A stretch of DNA of 64,000 nt from Alphaproteobacteria bacterium (GTDB lineage Bacteria > Pseudomonadota > Alphaproteobacteria > UBA6615). The stretch spans positions 3,571-67,570 of the forward strand of contig JAKUPN010000010.1 in assembly GCA_022449545.1 (NCBI GenBank), given 5' to 3'. The notes beneath the pieces are model-generated. The model had not been told where the DNA came from. It did no database searches and saw nothing but the letters and a program-made list of their open reading frames with translations. A program made the position numbers and the translations under genes. Positions 24,692 to 33,620 of the stretch are shown in pieces; positions within the stretch are counted from its first letter, which is position 1, and each line of letters starts with the position of its first letter.

Positions 24692-24802
24692 CTAATAAAT
24701 CTATGTAAGAAAGTTAGTCTTACCTTTAAGTTCAATATTTAGGGTCTATAAGGCGCTGTGTAACGCGAATTAACAAGCGGTTCAACCCACGGATGATTAA
24801 AT

Positions 24803-25933
24803 TTAAATCTGATTTTTTTGATGAGGAGTTGCCATATAGTCTTCCGCTTGCATCTCTATCAGTCTTGAAGCCGTGCGTTTGAATTCGAATGCTGTTTCTC
24901 CTGAAGTATATATTTCTGATGGTTGTGTCTCTGCGCTTGCGAACAAGTTTACCCGTTGTTCATAGAGTGAATCAATTAATACAACAAATCTTTTTGCAAC
25001 TTCTCGCTCATCGGCGGCTAGCTTGGGAATATCATCAATAATTAAAGTGTGGAAGTTTGATGCAAGTGACAAGAAATCAGGAGTTCCCAGTGGTTCCCTA
25101 CAAAGTTGATCAAATTTGAATCGGGCTACTCCCTTGGCAGTTATTGGAACTCTCAAGGGACGTCCTAAGACAGTTAATTCTTGTTCTTTGATTTCGTCGT
25201 TATCTGTTAATAGGGAAAATACTTTATCAAGCATTTGAGTTGCTTTTAATCCTAGTGGTGAGTGATAGGATAGTTGACCTTTTAATCGATCAAGCCGGTA
25301 GTCCTTTCCTGTTTCAATACCAAAAATTTCAAGGTTAGTTAGTATAAGGTCAATAAATGGCAGGAACCTATCTCTTTGAAGTCCATTTTTATATAAGTCA
25401 TTAGGGGCGACGTTAGAGGTTGCTAATATAATTACACCTCGTTCAAAAAGACCCTCAAATAATCTTCCAAGGATCATAGCATCAGCAATATTAACTACGT
25501 GAAATTCGTCGAAACATATTAACCATGTATCTCTAGAAATGTCTGAAGCCACGGCCATTAAGGGGTTATCCCTTTTAGTAGTTTTACGTTCAATATTTAA
25601 CCTTTGCTGCACTTCAAGCATGAAGGCATGAAAATGAACCCTTCTTTTTTTAGTAACTGGAGCATTTTCAAAAAAAAGATCCATCAGCATGGATTTACCG
25701 CGCCCTACCGGACCATATATATATAAACCAGATGAAATATTTGAAGGTTTATTATTAATTTTTAGACGTTCTTTTAAGCCCGTTAGCCAGGATTCAGAAT
25801 CGGGTTTATAACCTACTAAGGAATCATGAAGGTGTTGCAGCTTTTCTGCCGCTGCTTTTTGAGCTTGATCTGATTCCAATTCGCCATTTTTGCAAAGCGA
25901 TAAATACCTCTCGAGAGGTTTCTGTTTTTTCAT
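24803..25933 (-). CDS. zapE: cell division protein ZapE (AFG1-family ATPase)
   Basis: Walker A 'GPVGRGKSMLMD', Walker B 'LICFDEFHV'. AFG1-like length and architecture. Confidence 0.85.
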   Translation of the reverse strand: MKKQKPLERYLSLCKNGELESDQAQKAAAEKLQHLHDSLVGYKPDSESWLTGLKERLKINNKPSNISSGLYIYGPVGRGKSMLMDLFFENAPVTKKRRVHFHAFMLEVQQRLNIERKTTKRDNPLMAVASDISRDTWLICFDEFHVVNIADAMILGRLFEGLFERGVIILATSNVAPNDLYKNGLQRDRFLPFIDLILTNLEIFGIETGKDYRLDRLKGQLSYHSPLGLKATQMLDKVFSLLTDNDEIKEQELTVLGRPLRVPITAKGVARFKFDQLCREPLGTPDFLSLASNFHTLIIDDIPKLAADEREVAKRFVVLIDSLYEQRVNLFASAETQPSEIYTSGETAFEFKRTASRLIEMQAEDYMATPHQKNQI

Positions 25934-26008
25934 AAATTTGTTGTTTGTTTTTCCGAACGATTTAGGCTTTTACTTATTTATTAATAGTAATTAATTGTCA
26001 AAAATAAA

Positions 26009-27334
26009 TTAAGCAACCGCAGATTCCATTTCCCTACGAAGTTTTACGGCCTGGCTAGTCAAGTCAATATTTACCTGATCCCAGGTAATAGGAGAACCTG
26101 CATGCACATTGGTGTTTAGTGCTATGCCTTGTGCAAGTCCTATTGGCAAACATTTATTAGCGAGACTATCAACAGAAGGCATTAGTTTTCCATAAACTGT
26201 ATAACCACCCTCGCCATCAAGGATTTCGCCTTTTTGAAGATTTCTTTTAGCTATGGCTACAGCATCCCCGATAAATTCTGTGGGGGAGCCCGTTGGTTCA
26301 TTTCTTAAACTGACACTAGCTACGGATATTCCTAATTCCATACCTATTAAATGATAAGGCTTCCACATCGCTGTGTACCGTCCGCTTTTGTCAGTTATAA
26401 GGCCATATTCTTTGAAACACCTCGAAACATAATCACTTGTGGCTTCGAGCACCACATAGACACCCCATCTCAGGTCTCCTAAAACGTCTTTTCCATCTCT
26501 TTCTTGGGAGGATATGACTTCTACTTGTCCCTTGTGGTGCAGCATCCCTCCCTCTGATTCTGGTTTTAAGAAATGAGGCAGGTCATTAACACCAACTGGG
26601 GGAAATTTTAGTCCTTCTGGAGCTGGTGACAGACCAGTTGCATTTGAAACAGCTGCCATCTCAATTGCTGACTTCGTGCCATCGAGAAACGAATTAAACA
26701 TTTTAGCGTTCATGCCACCCTTTTCAGCCTGCTCAGATGTAAGTCCGTAGTGCTCCCAAACATTGTCAGGGGTAACCTCATGGAAACCATCTAGGTATTT
26801 CGTCCCTTTCCCTGCAGCTATCACATCAAAGCCTGAGGTTCGTGCCCAATCAACTTGTTCACATATTAGTGCGGGTTGATCTCCATAAGCCAATGAATAA
26901 ATGATTCCTGCCTTGTTTGCTTTTTTGGCTAAGATGGGTCCAGCTAGAGCGTCAGCTTCTACATTAACCATAATTATATTTTTATTATATTCACAGCATT
27001 CCAATACATGTGATATTCCTGCTGTTGGACTTCCAGTGGCATCAATTATAACGTCTATATCTGGATTCTGGATAACTTCAAATGGATCATCAGTTATATG
27101 GGCGTTACTAACTCCATAATGGCCCAGAGCTTTTTCAGCTCTACTTGGTATTTTGTCTATAACGGCGGTGATACTTACACCTGGCGTGTTTCTTGCTTGA
27201 GTGAGGTACATAGTTCCAAATTTTCCGGCACCAATCAATCCTACACGAATCGATTTACCTTCTGAATTTTGTGATAGCAATTGGCGATAGAGGTTCATGA
27301 TTCGCTTTCCGTTTATTTGATAATTTTTATACAA
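26009..27334 (-). CDS. NAD(P)-binding oxidoreductase with C-terminal SAF domain (predicted homoserine dehydrogenase-like)
   Basis: N-terminal Rossmann 'VGLIGAGKFGTMY' and a C-terminal SAF-like 'LQKGEILDGEGGYTVYGKL'. Function not assignable from sequence alone. Confidence 0.6.
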   Translation of the reverse strand: MYKNYQINGKRIMNLYRQLLSQNSEGKSIRVGLIGAGKFGTMYLTQARNTPGVSITAVIDKIPSRAEKALGHYGVSNAHITDDPFEVIQNPDIDVIIDATGSPTAGISHVLECCEYNKNIIMVNVEADALAGPILAKKANKAGIIYSLAYGDQPALICEQVDWARTSGFDVIAAGKGTKYLDGFHEVTPDNVWEHYGLTSEQAEKGGMNAKMFNSFLDGTKSAIEMAAVSNATGLSPAPEGLKFPPVGVNDLPHFLKPESEGGMLHHKGQVEVISSQERDGKDVLGDLRWGVYVVLEATSDYVSRCFKEYGLITDKSGRYTAMWKPYHLIGMELGISVASVSLRNEPTGSPTEFIGDAVAIAKRNLQKGEILDGEGGYTVYGKLMPSVDSLANKCLPIGLAQGIALNTNVHAGSPITWDQVNIDLTSQAVKLRREMESAVA

Positions 27335-27408
27335 TTAAAATCATATTAGGGTGAATATGTATTTTGAATCATTTTGGTTAGCAATATATCAGTTTAAGGG
27401 AGAACTAG

Positions 27409-27966
27409 ATGTCCGACTACAACGAAAATAAAAGACTTTCAAGTGTTCCACGAGAACAATTTCCATCAGACAAAATAGAGATATATGACCATATTATGGA
27501 AAGCCGGAAATTGTCCTTTATGGCAGACCTATTCGCAGTTATGGCTCATAGCCCGGGAGCACTGCAATCTGTTGCGTCAGTGGGAGAACATGTGCGTTTT
27601 AATAGTGTTCTTGATGAAGTTTTAAGGGAAATGGTTATTTGTACCGTATCTCAAGAAGTAGGAAATTTCTACGAGTGGTGTCACCACTTTCATCGCATGC
27701 CGGATGAAATGCGCAATGTAGTGGGGACTCCTGCAGCCGAAAAACTTTCATCTCCTCGGGGGCCAGCTCTTCTATATTCAAGGCTTTTAGCCAGCAACCA
27801 GACGGTCGATGACAGCCTTGTAGAAACTATTCGTTCGTCATTAGGCGATCAGGGTCTAGTAGATCTGACTATAATGGTTGGTTACTATCAACTCATAGGA
27901 ACTTTCTGTAAGGCACTGCATGTACCAATTGAAGAAGGTTTAGATCGGCCCCCTTTTAAGAAGTAA
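27409..27966 (+). CDS. carboxymuconolactone decarboxylase (AhpD-like) family protein
   Basis: All-helical protein of about 185 aa with 'NFYEWCHH' in the position of the CMD/AhpD motif. Confidence 0.65.
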   Translation: MSDYNENKRLSSVPREQFPSDKIEIYDHIMESRKLSFMADLFAVMAHSPGALQSVASVGEHVRFNSVLDEVLREMVICTVSQEVGNFYEWCHHFHRMPDEMRNVVGTPAAEKLSSPRGPALLYSRLLASNQTVDDSLVETIRSSLGDQGLVDLTIMVGYYQLIGTFCKALHVPIEEGLDRPPFKK

Positions 27967-28012
27967 AATTTACATGAAATACTTAAGATAGAGATTGGTA
28001 AAATAGAAAACC

Positions 28013-28816
28013 TTATTGAACTGATACACTATTATTTTGTGCTAGATTTATAAGGCAGTCATCTGCTATTGGCTCTATTGGACTAAAGTCACGATGAGCA
28101 ATCCATTCATCACGTTTAAATTGTCTAATGTGGTTGTCAACGTGACAAAGACTTAAGTAAACAATCGTTCGGTCCCAAGGGCTTATATTACCAGGCGATG
28201 CATGAACCAGATTTGAATGAAATAGTAGCAAAGAGCCTGCTTTGCCACGAGGTGCAACCATACCTCCCCTTTCAGCTAGCCTGGTTACGGTCTCACGATC
28301 CAAGGTCCACAGCGGATATGAGGTGGTAAGTTTGTCGTGCCCGGCTTCAATTATTCCGTCCTTGTGACTTCGAGGTATAAACATCAACGGGCCATTAAAT
28401 TCTGTAACATCATCTAAAAATAAGGCTATATTCATGGCACGAGGCTCAGGCATTAAGTCATCCCTAGCCCATGTGCCATAGTCTTGATGCCATTGCCAAA
28501 CGTCTCCATCAAAGGCTGCTTTTCCATTTATCTTAAATTGATGGATATAGACAGGGCCATTAACTAATTGCATCACTGGTTCTATTAGGCGTGGGTGAGA
28601 TGCTAAACGCTTAAAGGGTTCGCTGTAGGTGTGAGCCGCAAATGCCGTTCGAACTGCTTCGCCGTTTTTTTCTCGCCACACTTCTTTGCGGTCCATAGCA
28701 AATATTGCAGGAACTTCTTTTAGTAAAACGTTTATTTCAGAAGTCGTGAACACATCTTGAAGAAATAGCCATCCCTCCCGGTTAAATTCATCAAGCTGTT
28801 GTTCGGTAAGTTTCAT
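28013..28816 (-). CDS. phytanoyl-CoA dioxygenase (PhyH) family Fe(II)/2OG dioxygenase
   Basis: 'WQWHQDYGTW' (HxD) and distal 'LLFHSNLVHASPGN'. Ectoine-hydroxylase-like fold. Confidence 0.75.
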   Translation of the reverse strand: MKLTEQQLDEFNREGWLFLQDVFTTSEINVLLKEVPAIFAMDRKEVWREKNGEAVRTAFAAHTYSEPFKRLASHPRLIEPVMQLVNGPVYIHQFKINGKAAFDGDVWQWHQDYGTWARDDLMPEPRAMNIALFLDDVTEFNGPLMFIPRSHKDGIIEAGHDKLTTSYPLWTLDRETVTRLAERGGMVAPRGKAGSLLLFHSNLVHASPGNISPWDRTIVYLSLCHVDNHIRQFKRDEWIAHRDFSPIEPIADDCLINLAQNNSVSVQ

Positions 28817-28869
28817 GTTTTAAAGATCGCTCTTATAAATTTAGATAACCTTTTAAGTGATAGTATAAG

Positions 28870-29649
28870 TTATATTTGTCTTTCCAACATCATTTTTTTA
28901 ATTTCTGCAATTGCTTTAGCCGGATTTAGGCTTTTGGGACAAGTTTTAGTGCAATTCATTATAGTATGACAACGATAAAGCCGAAAAGGGTCTTCTAACT
29001 TATCAAGACGATCACCGGTAGCTTCGTCTCGACTATCCGCTAACCATCTATATGCTTGAAGTAAAACTGCTGGGCCAAGGTAACGATCTGCATTCCACCA
29101 ATAACTCGGGCAAGATGTACTGCAGCAAGCACAGAGTATACATTCATAAAGACCGTCAAGTTTTTCTCGATCTTCTATGGATTGTAGTCTCTCCCTTTCA
29201 GGCGGTTGACTGTCCGCTTTTAGCCACGGTTCCACCTCACGATATTGTGCAAAAAAATGGGTCATGTCTGGCACTAGGTCTTTGACAACTTCTTGATGAG
29301 GCAAAGGATAGATTTTAATATCGCCTTTAACCTCGGAGTTGAAAGATGTACAGGCCAATGTGTTGCACCCATCAATATTCATAGCACATGAGCCGCAGAC
29401 ACCCTCTCTACAAGATCGTCGAAAGGTCAGGGTAGGGTCTATCTCGTTTTTAATTTTAATTAAGGCATCTAGCACCATTGGCCCACAAGAGTTCATGTCA
29501 ACGGTATAAGTGTCTATACTAGGGTTTTCATTCTCATCAGGGGACCATCTGTAAACTTTAAACGTACGAGTGTTACTAGTGTCTTCGGGTTTCGGCCACA
29601 CTTTTCCGCTTTTCACCTTGGAGTTTCTAGGGAGTACGAAATCAGCCAT
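28870..29649 (-). CDS. sdhB: succinate dehydrogenase iron-sulfur subunit
   Basis: Three Fe-S cysteine clusters: '[15 protein letters not shown]', '[12 protein letters not shown]', '[12 protein letters not shown]'. Confidence 0.97.
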   Translation of the reverse strand: MADFVLPRNSKVKSGKVWPKPEDTSNTRTFKVYRWSPDENENPSIDTYTVDMNSCGPMVLDALIKIKNEIDPTLTFRRSCREGVCGSCAMNIDGCNTLACTSFNSEVKGDIKIYPLPHQEVVKDLVPDMTHFFAQYREVEPWLKADSQPPERERLQSIEDREKLDGLYECILCACCSTSCPSYWWNADRYLGPAVLLQAYRWLADSRDEATGDRLDKLEDPFRLYRCHTIMNCTKTCPKSLNPAKAIAEIKKMMLERQI

Positions 29650-29706
29650 GAATGGTTCTTCCTCTCAGTTTAAATAAAATATAAATTTTATAGTTAAAAA
29701 AAACTT

Positions 29707-31500
29707 TTAATAAACCCTGGTTTTTGGTGGAAAGCTCTGAACCTCATTTGACATTGGTTGTAGGACAACGGGCCGGAAATCAATCTTCGTTTTTCCATTA
29801 TGGTCCACCCAACAAAGAGTATGCTTCATCCAATTGTCGTCATCACGATCTGGAAAGTCTTCTCTCGCATGAGCTCCTCGACTCTCTTTCCTATTAGTAG
29901 CGGATCCAAGTGTTGCTACGGCCTGGGTCATCAAATTATCCAGTTCTAAAGTTTCTACTAGATCGGTGTTCCATATCAGTGATTGATCAGAAACCTTTAA
30001 ATCGTCTAAACCACCCCAAATCTCATCTAACTTTTCAACGCCCTCTTGAAGTACGTCTCCAGTTCGGAATACAGCACAACAGTCTTGCATTGTTCTTTGC
30101 ATTTGTAGGCGTAGATTCGATGTTGGTGTGCTACCATTTGCGTGCCTTAACTTATCAAGACGTTCTAAAGCCTTATCTCCAGCATTTTTTGACAGTGGTT
30201 TATGAGGGGAGCCTGGCGTCACAGTTTCGGCAGCTCTATTAGCTGCAGCGCGCCCAAAAACAACTAGGTCAAGAAGGGAGTTAGATCCCAGACGGTTAGC
30301 CCCGTGAACAGAAACGCAAGCAGCTTCTCCTATGGACATCAACCCAGAAACTGGTTTTGAAGGATCACCGTCTTTAAGAGTAACGGCCTCTCCATGGTAA
30401 TTTGTTGGAATTCCTCCCATATTGTAATGGCAAGTAGGTAGAACTGGGATAGGTTCCTTTGTGACATCTACTCCTGAAAATATTCTTGCGGTTTCTGCGA
30501 TTCCGGGCAGCCGTTGGTTTATAACTTCACCGTCTAAATGTTCCAGATGTAGATGAATATAGTCTCCATCTTCGCCGACACCTCGACCTTCTCGCATCTC
30601 GATAGTCATGGATCGACTAACCACATCTCGACTAGCTAGGTCTTTGGCTGATGGGGCATATCTCTCCATAAACCTTTCACCCTCGGAGTTTGTTAAATAA
30701 CCACCTTCCCCCCTTACTCCCTCTGTTATAAGGCATCCAGCTCCATAAATGCCCGTCGGGTGAAACTGAACAAATTCCATATCTTGCAGTGGAACGCCAG
30801 CGCGAGAAGCCATAGCGACACCGTCTCCTGTCTGTGTGTGAGCTCCAGTACAGGAAAAATAAGTTCGACCATAGCCTCCGGTAGCCACAACTGTTTGATG
30901 GGCTCGGAATCTGTGAATGGAACCATCATCAAGGTTCCAAGCCATCACACCACGGCATTCACCATCTTCCATTATCAAATCTAGAGCGAAATATTCAATG
31001 AAAAACTCTGCGTCAAATTTTAGAGCCTGTTGATATAAGGTGTGGAGTATTGCATGGCCAGTTCGATCGGCAGCAGCACAGGTTCTTTGTGCTGTTCCTT
31101 CGCCGTAATTTGTGGTCATACCGCCGAAGGGCCTTTGGTAGATTTTGCCTTCTTCTGTTCGGCTAAACGGAACCCCTTGATGCTCTAATTCTATTATAGC
31201 AGGCATAGCTTCTCTAACCATGTATTCTATCGCATCTTGGTCTCCAAGCCAGTCTGAGCCTTTTACAGTGTCGTACATGTGCCATCGCCAGTCATCTTCG
31301 CCCATGTTGCCTAATGCAGCGGAGATGCCACCCTGAGCAGCAACTGTGTGGGAGCGGGTTGGAAAAACCTTAGTAATACAGGCTGTCTTTAATCCTTTAT
31401 TAGCCATTCCAAAAGTTGCACGTAAACCGGCGCCACCAGCCCCTATAACTACAACGTCGTAATCGTGATCTATTATTTCATAACTACCATTAGCGGCCAT
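29707..31500 (-). CDS. sdhA: succinate dehydrogenase flavoprotein subunit
   Basis: '[14 protein letters not shown]', '[11 protein letters not shown]' (covalent FAD His), 'HYNMGGI'. Confidence 0.98.
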   Translation of the reverse strand: MAANGSYEIIDHDYDVVVIGAGGAGLRATFGMANKGLKTACITKVFPTRSHTVAAQGGISAALGNMGEDDWRWHMYDTVKGSDWLGDQDAIEYMVREAMPAIIELEHQGVPFSRTEEGKIYQRPFGGMTTNYGEGTAQRTCAAADRTGHAILHTLYQQALKFDAEFFIEYFALDLIMEDGECRGVMAWNLDDGSIHRFRAHQTVVATGGYGRTYFSCTGAHTQTGDGVAMASRAGVPLQDMEFVQFHPTGIYGAGCLITEGVRGEGGYLTNSEGERFMERYAPSAKDLASRDVVSRSMTIEMREGRGVGEDGDYIHLHLEHLDGEVINQRLPGIAETARIFSGVDVTKEPIPVLPTCHYNMGGIPTNYHGEAVTLKDGDPSKPVSGLMSIGEAACVSVHGANRLGSNSLLDLVVFGRAAANRAAETVTPGSPHKPLSKNAGDKALERLDKLRHANGSTPTSNLRLQMQRTMQDCCAVFRTGDVLQEGVEKLDEIWGGLDDLKVSDQSLIWNTDLVETLELDNLMTQAVATLGSATNRKESRGAHAREDFPDRDDDNWMKHTLCWVDHNGKTKIDFRPVVLQPMSNEVQSFPPKTRVY

Positions 31501-31892
31501 TATGCTCCTCCAAAAGCTATTGAAAGCACCGCGAATAAGGCGGTTAGTGATAATAAAATTGCCGCACCTTTTATAAGGATTAGCAATCCAATTTCAAAAG
31601 GTTTTCTTTTTACGTAGTCTTCAACAACTACCTGCAGTCCTAGTTGGGCGTGATGAAAAGTCAGAACTATAAATAAAATCAAGAAGATGGCTGTAAATGG
31701 ATTTCTAATGAATTCCTTGGCTCCATTATAGTCATTACCAACGGCTAATAATATTTCAATAATAAACCAGATACTAAGCGGAATAAGCCCAATTGCAGTC
31801 AAACGCTGCATCCACCAATGATTAGTGCCTGATTTTGCTGCTCCAAGTCCTCTAGCTTTTCCTAGCGGAGATTGTAAATTCATATCAAACAC
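31500..31892 (-). CDS. sdhD: succinate dehydrogenase membrane anchor subunit
   Basis: Three-TM small protein between sdhC and sdhA, with conserved 'HWWMQRLTA' and heme-ligand His context. Confidence 0.85.
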   Translation of the reverse strand: MFDMNLQSPLGKARGLGAAKSGTNHWWMQRLTAIGLIPLSIWFIIEILLAVGNDYNGAKEFIRNPFTAIFLILFIVLTFHHAQLGLQVVVEDYVKRKPFEIGLLILIKGAAILLSLTALFAVLSIAFGGA

Positions 31893-32283
31893 CTCCGATT
31901 AAAGAATAACCAACTATCCAAATTACGAGTGTCAGAACTATCGAAATTATAAGCGTTAACCATCCAGTTTTATAAGCTTTGCTGAGATCCAGTCCCCAGC
32001 CAGCGTCCCAACACATATGTCTTATGCCATTGGCTAAATGAAAGGTGAAAGAGAAGGTCCAGGCAAAAAGCAAAAGTCTTCCAACAATTGAGCTAATAAA
32101 CCAATTAAAGTCGTCATAGTATTGAGGCCCTAACGCGATTGAAAAGAGCCACCAAACTAGAACTAAGGTTCCAACAGCTAAAAAAATTCCAGTCAAACGA
32201 TGCATAATCGAAAGGACGGAAGTTAGCTGTGGTCTATAAATTTGTAAGTGTGGTGATAGCGGTCTATTCTCGGTTCTCATCAA
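31885..32283 (-). CDS. sdhC: succinate dehydrogenase cytochrome b556 subunit
   Basis: 'RPLSPHLQIYRPQLTSVLSIMHRLTG' N-terminal signature. First gene of sdhCDAB. Confidence 0.88.
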   Translation of the reverse strand: MMRTENRPLSPHLQIYRPQLTSVLSIMHRLTGIFLAVGTLVLVWWLFSIALGPQYYDDFNWFISSIVGRLLLFAWTFSFTFHLANGIRHMCWDAGWGLDLSKAYKTGWLTLIISIVLTLVIWIVGYSLIGGV

Positions 32284-32523
32284 GTTTTTTCTCCAGGCTT
32301 TCTCTTGCCTTTAAACTTTGACAGCAATACGAACTAATTATTATTTAGGCTGACTAAATAAAACTTTAAAAGCAAATATCTCAGGGCTTACGCTCTTTCA
32401 AAGATAGTTATAAATTGGTTTAGCCTTGCAAATTGTATTCGTCAATCATACTCCTACTAATATAGTGTTTTTTGGAACAAAAATTAGTCCTAGCGAGCTA
32501 TTTAAATTGTTCTTCGCACAATT

Positions 32524-32574
32524 CTGTGGAAAACCTGTGGAGGAACTGTGTCTATAATTAATAATTATACACAG
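32524..32574. promoter_or_regulatory. phased CTGTG(G/T) repeats plus imperfect inverted repeat; DnaA-box-like sites; contains a TATAAT hexamer
   Basis: CTGTGG at 32524, CTGTGG at 32535 and CTGTGT at 32546 are spaced exactly 11 nt apart. Inverted repeat 'ctgtgt[ct]ataatta-a-taattatacacag' spans 32546-32574. 'tgtggaaaa' (32525-32533, reverse complement TTTTCCACA) and 'ttatacaca' (32565-32573) both fit the relaxed DnaA box TTWTNCACA. TATAAT lies at 32553-32558. The function (operator, promoter or DnaA site) is unresolved. Confidence 0.3.
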
Positions 32575-32599
32575 AAATCTTAACTTCTAGTGATAATTG

Positions 32600-33620
32600 A
32601 AGTTGCCGACCGGGGGTCAAAAGGTGAAACATAGTACCTGCACGCACAAGCGTGACGGCAGACATTGCGCCGTCCTGAAAAGGGATCGTCCGCGATCTTT
32701 ATTTGGGTAGTTTAGCTGACCTAGGGGGGAAAGCTGAAACGAAGGGGTAGCGTCATCTGCGTCTTGTAGAGTAGTTGTTCTTGAACAATGAAATTACGGG
32801 GGTGGGTCAAGTCGGTGAACGGTTTTGCTTTTCGGAGCCCCTTTCCTCAGAGGGATCGTTTGCGCCGGGTCGTTGGGCGCAGCAGGGTGGGTAACTGCCC
32901 ATGTGGACGCAGGCGATCTCCAGTACCCCGTGTCTGGGGTGTAGTTTGGGTCTGGCTGCCTTGTCTTCGGATAGAGGCGCTGATGTGGACTGCGAACTAG
33001 ACATAAGTGAGATCCATCACCCAACTTCGGGCGGGAGATGGAGACCATACTGGGAATACTGGAAACGGGAGGTAGGTCACTACGTTGGCATTTCTCCCTT
33101 GCGACCCTGTCTTAGGACCTGGGTCGTATCAGTTGATAGGGCTTATGCCAAATTGGCTGACGTTGGGTTTGTTTTGCTGCCTTGGTAGATAAAACGAGCT
33201 CTAGGGGGGGCGATGGCGTTTTAATTCCAGGGCACTCGCCGGCCGGGGGTTTTAGCGTAGCCGGAAACAAGGCAAGGACTTTTATAGGTTCTGGCTGGTT
33301 AAGAAGGCAGAAGTAGTTGGCGGCCTCCTGTGGGCGCGGGTTTTGTGAAGGTAGCTGTGTGGACGGTGTAAAAACTAGAAATATAGCACTGCCAGGAACT
33401 AAAAGCGACGTGTCGGCCAGGGGTATGTCGCTTTGGACCAGGCAGATCTGAACGGGACAGTTTGTGAGTGCAATGGTTTGGTCTAATTAAGAGTTTCGGC
33501 TCTTATGTGGCTAAACCAGATGTCTGAAGACTGAAGGGAGTCATCTCTTTATTCGACAGACCTAGGAAGCGTCAGGCGTTACGGGCTCCGCGTCCATGCA
33601 CCTGGCGCTTTCTTATTTTC
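32600..33620 (+). ncRNA. candidate large (~1 kb) structured non-coding RNA, family unknown
   Basis: GC-rich island in an AT-rich genome by hand counts: 38/60 G+C at 32881-32940 and 29/60 at 33361-33420, versus 7/60 at 33781-33840 and 21/60 in a typical coding line. Only short overlapping R/G/P/W-rich ORFs occur, on both strands. At least 15 local helices are visible, including UUCG-capped hairpins at 32827-32838, 32958-32978, 33013-33042 and 33488-33505, and a UCCG-capped one at 32681-32700. G-U pairs are valid only on the + strand. A stem plus U-tract closes the 3' end. The ends are approximate (+/-50 nt). Confidence 0.6.
33568..33620 (+). terminator. intrinsic-terminator-like stem plus U-tract closing the GC-rich RNA candidate
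   Basis: 'agcgtcagg' (33568-33576) pairs with 'cctggcgct' (33601-33609): 9 bp including one G-U. It is followed by 'tttcttatttt'. The 24-nt loop is long for a classical terminator. Confidence 0.45.

Noticed and set aside
32788-33188. Four overlapping ORFs (65-95 aa) on both strands inside the GC-rich island
   Set aside because: They overlap each other in different frames and strands. Their translations are low-complexity R/G/P/W-rich strings typical of random GC-rich sequence. None has a recognisable motif or start context. They are better explained as by-products of a GC-rich non-coding element.
32600-33620. Assignment of the GC-rich element to RNase P RNA, tmRNA, an rRNA fragment or a group II intron
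   Set aside because: There is no 'GAGGAAAGUCCGG' P4-type strand for RNase P. There is no tRNA-like T-arm/ACCA end or tag reading frame for tmRNA. The 'ggtcaagt' at 32805-32812 resembles a 23S 5' end, but the expected 'GGTGGATGCC' does not follow. There is no GUGYG 5' end or recognisable domain V for a group II intron, and no reverse transcriptase or maturase. I cannot recall GOLLD or ROOL consensus sequences well enough to exclude them, so that is left as an explicit check.
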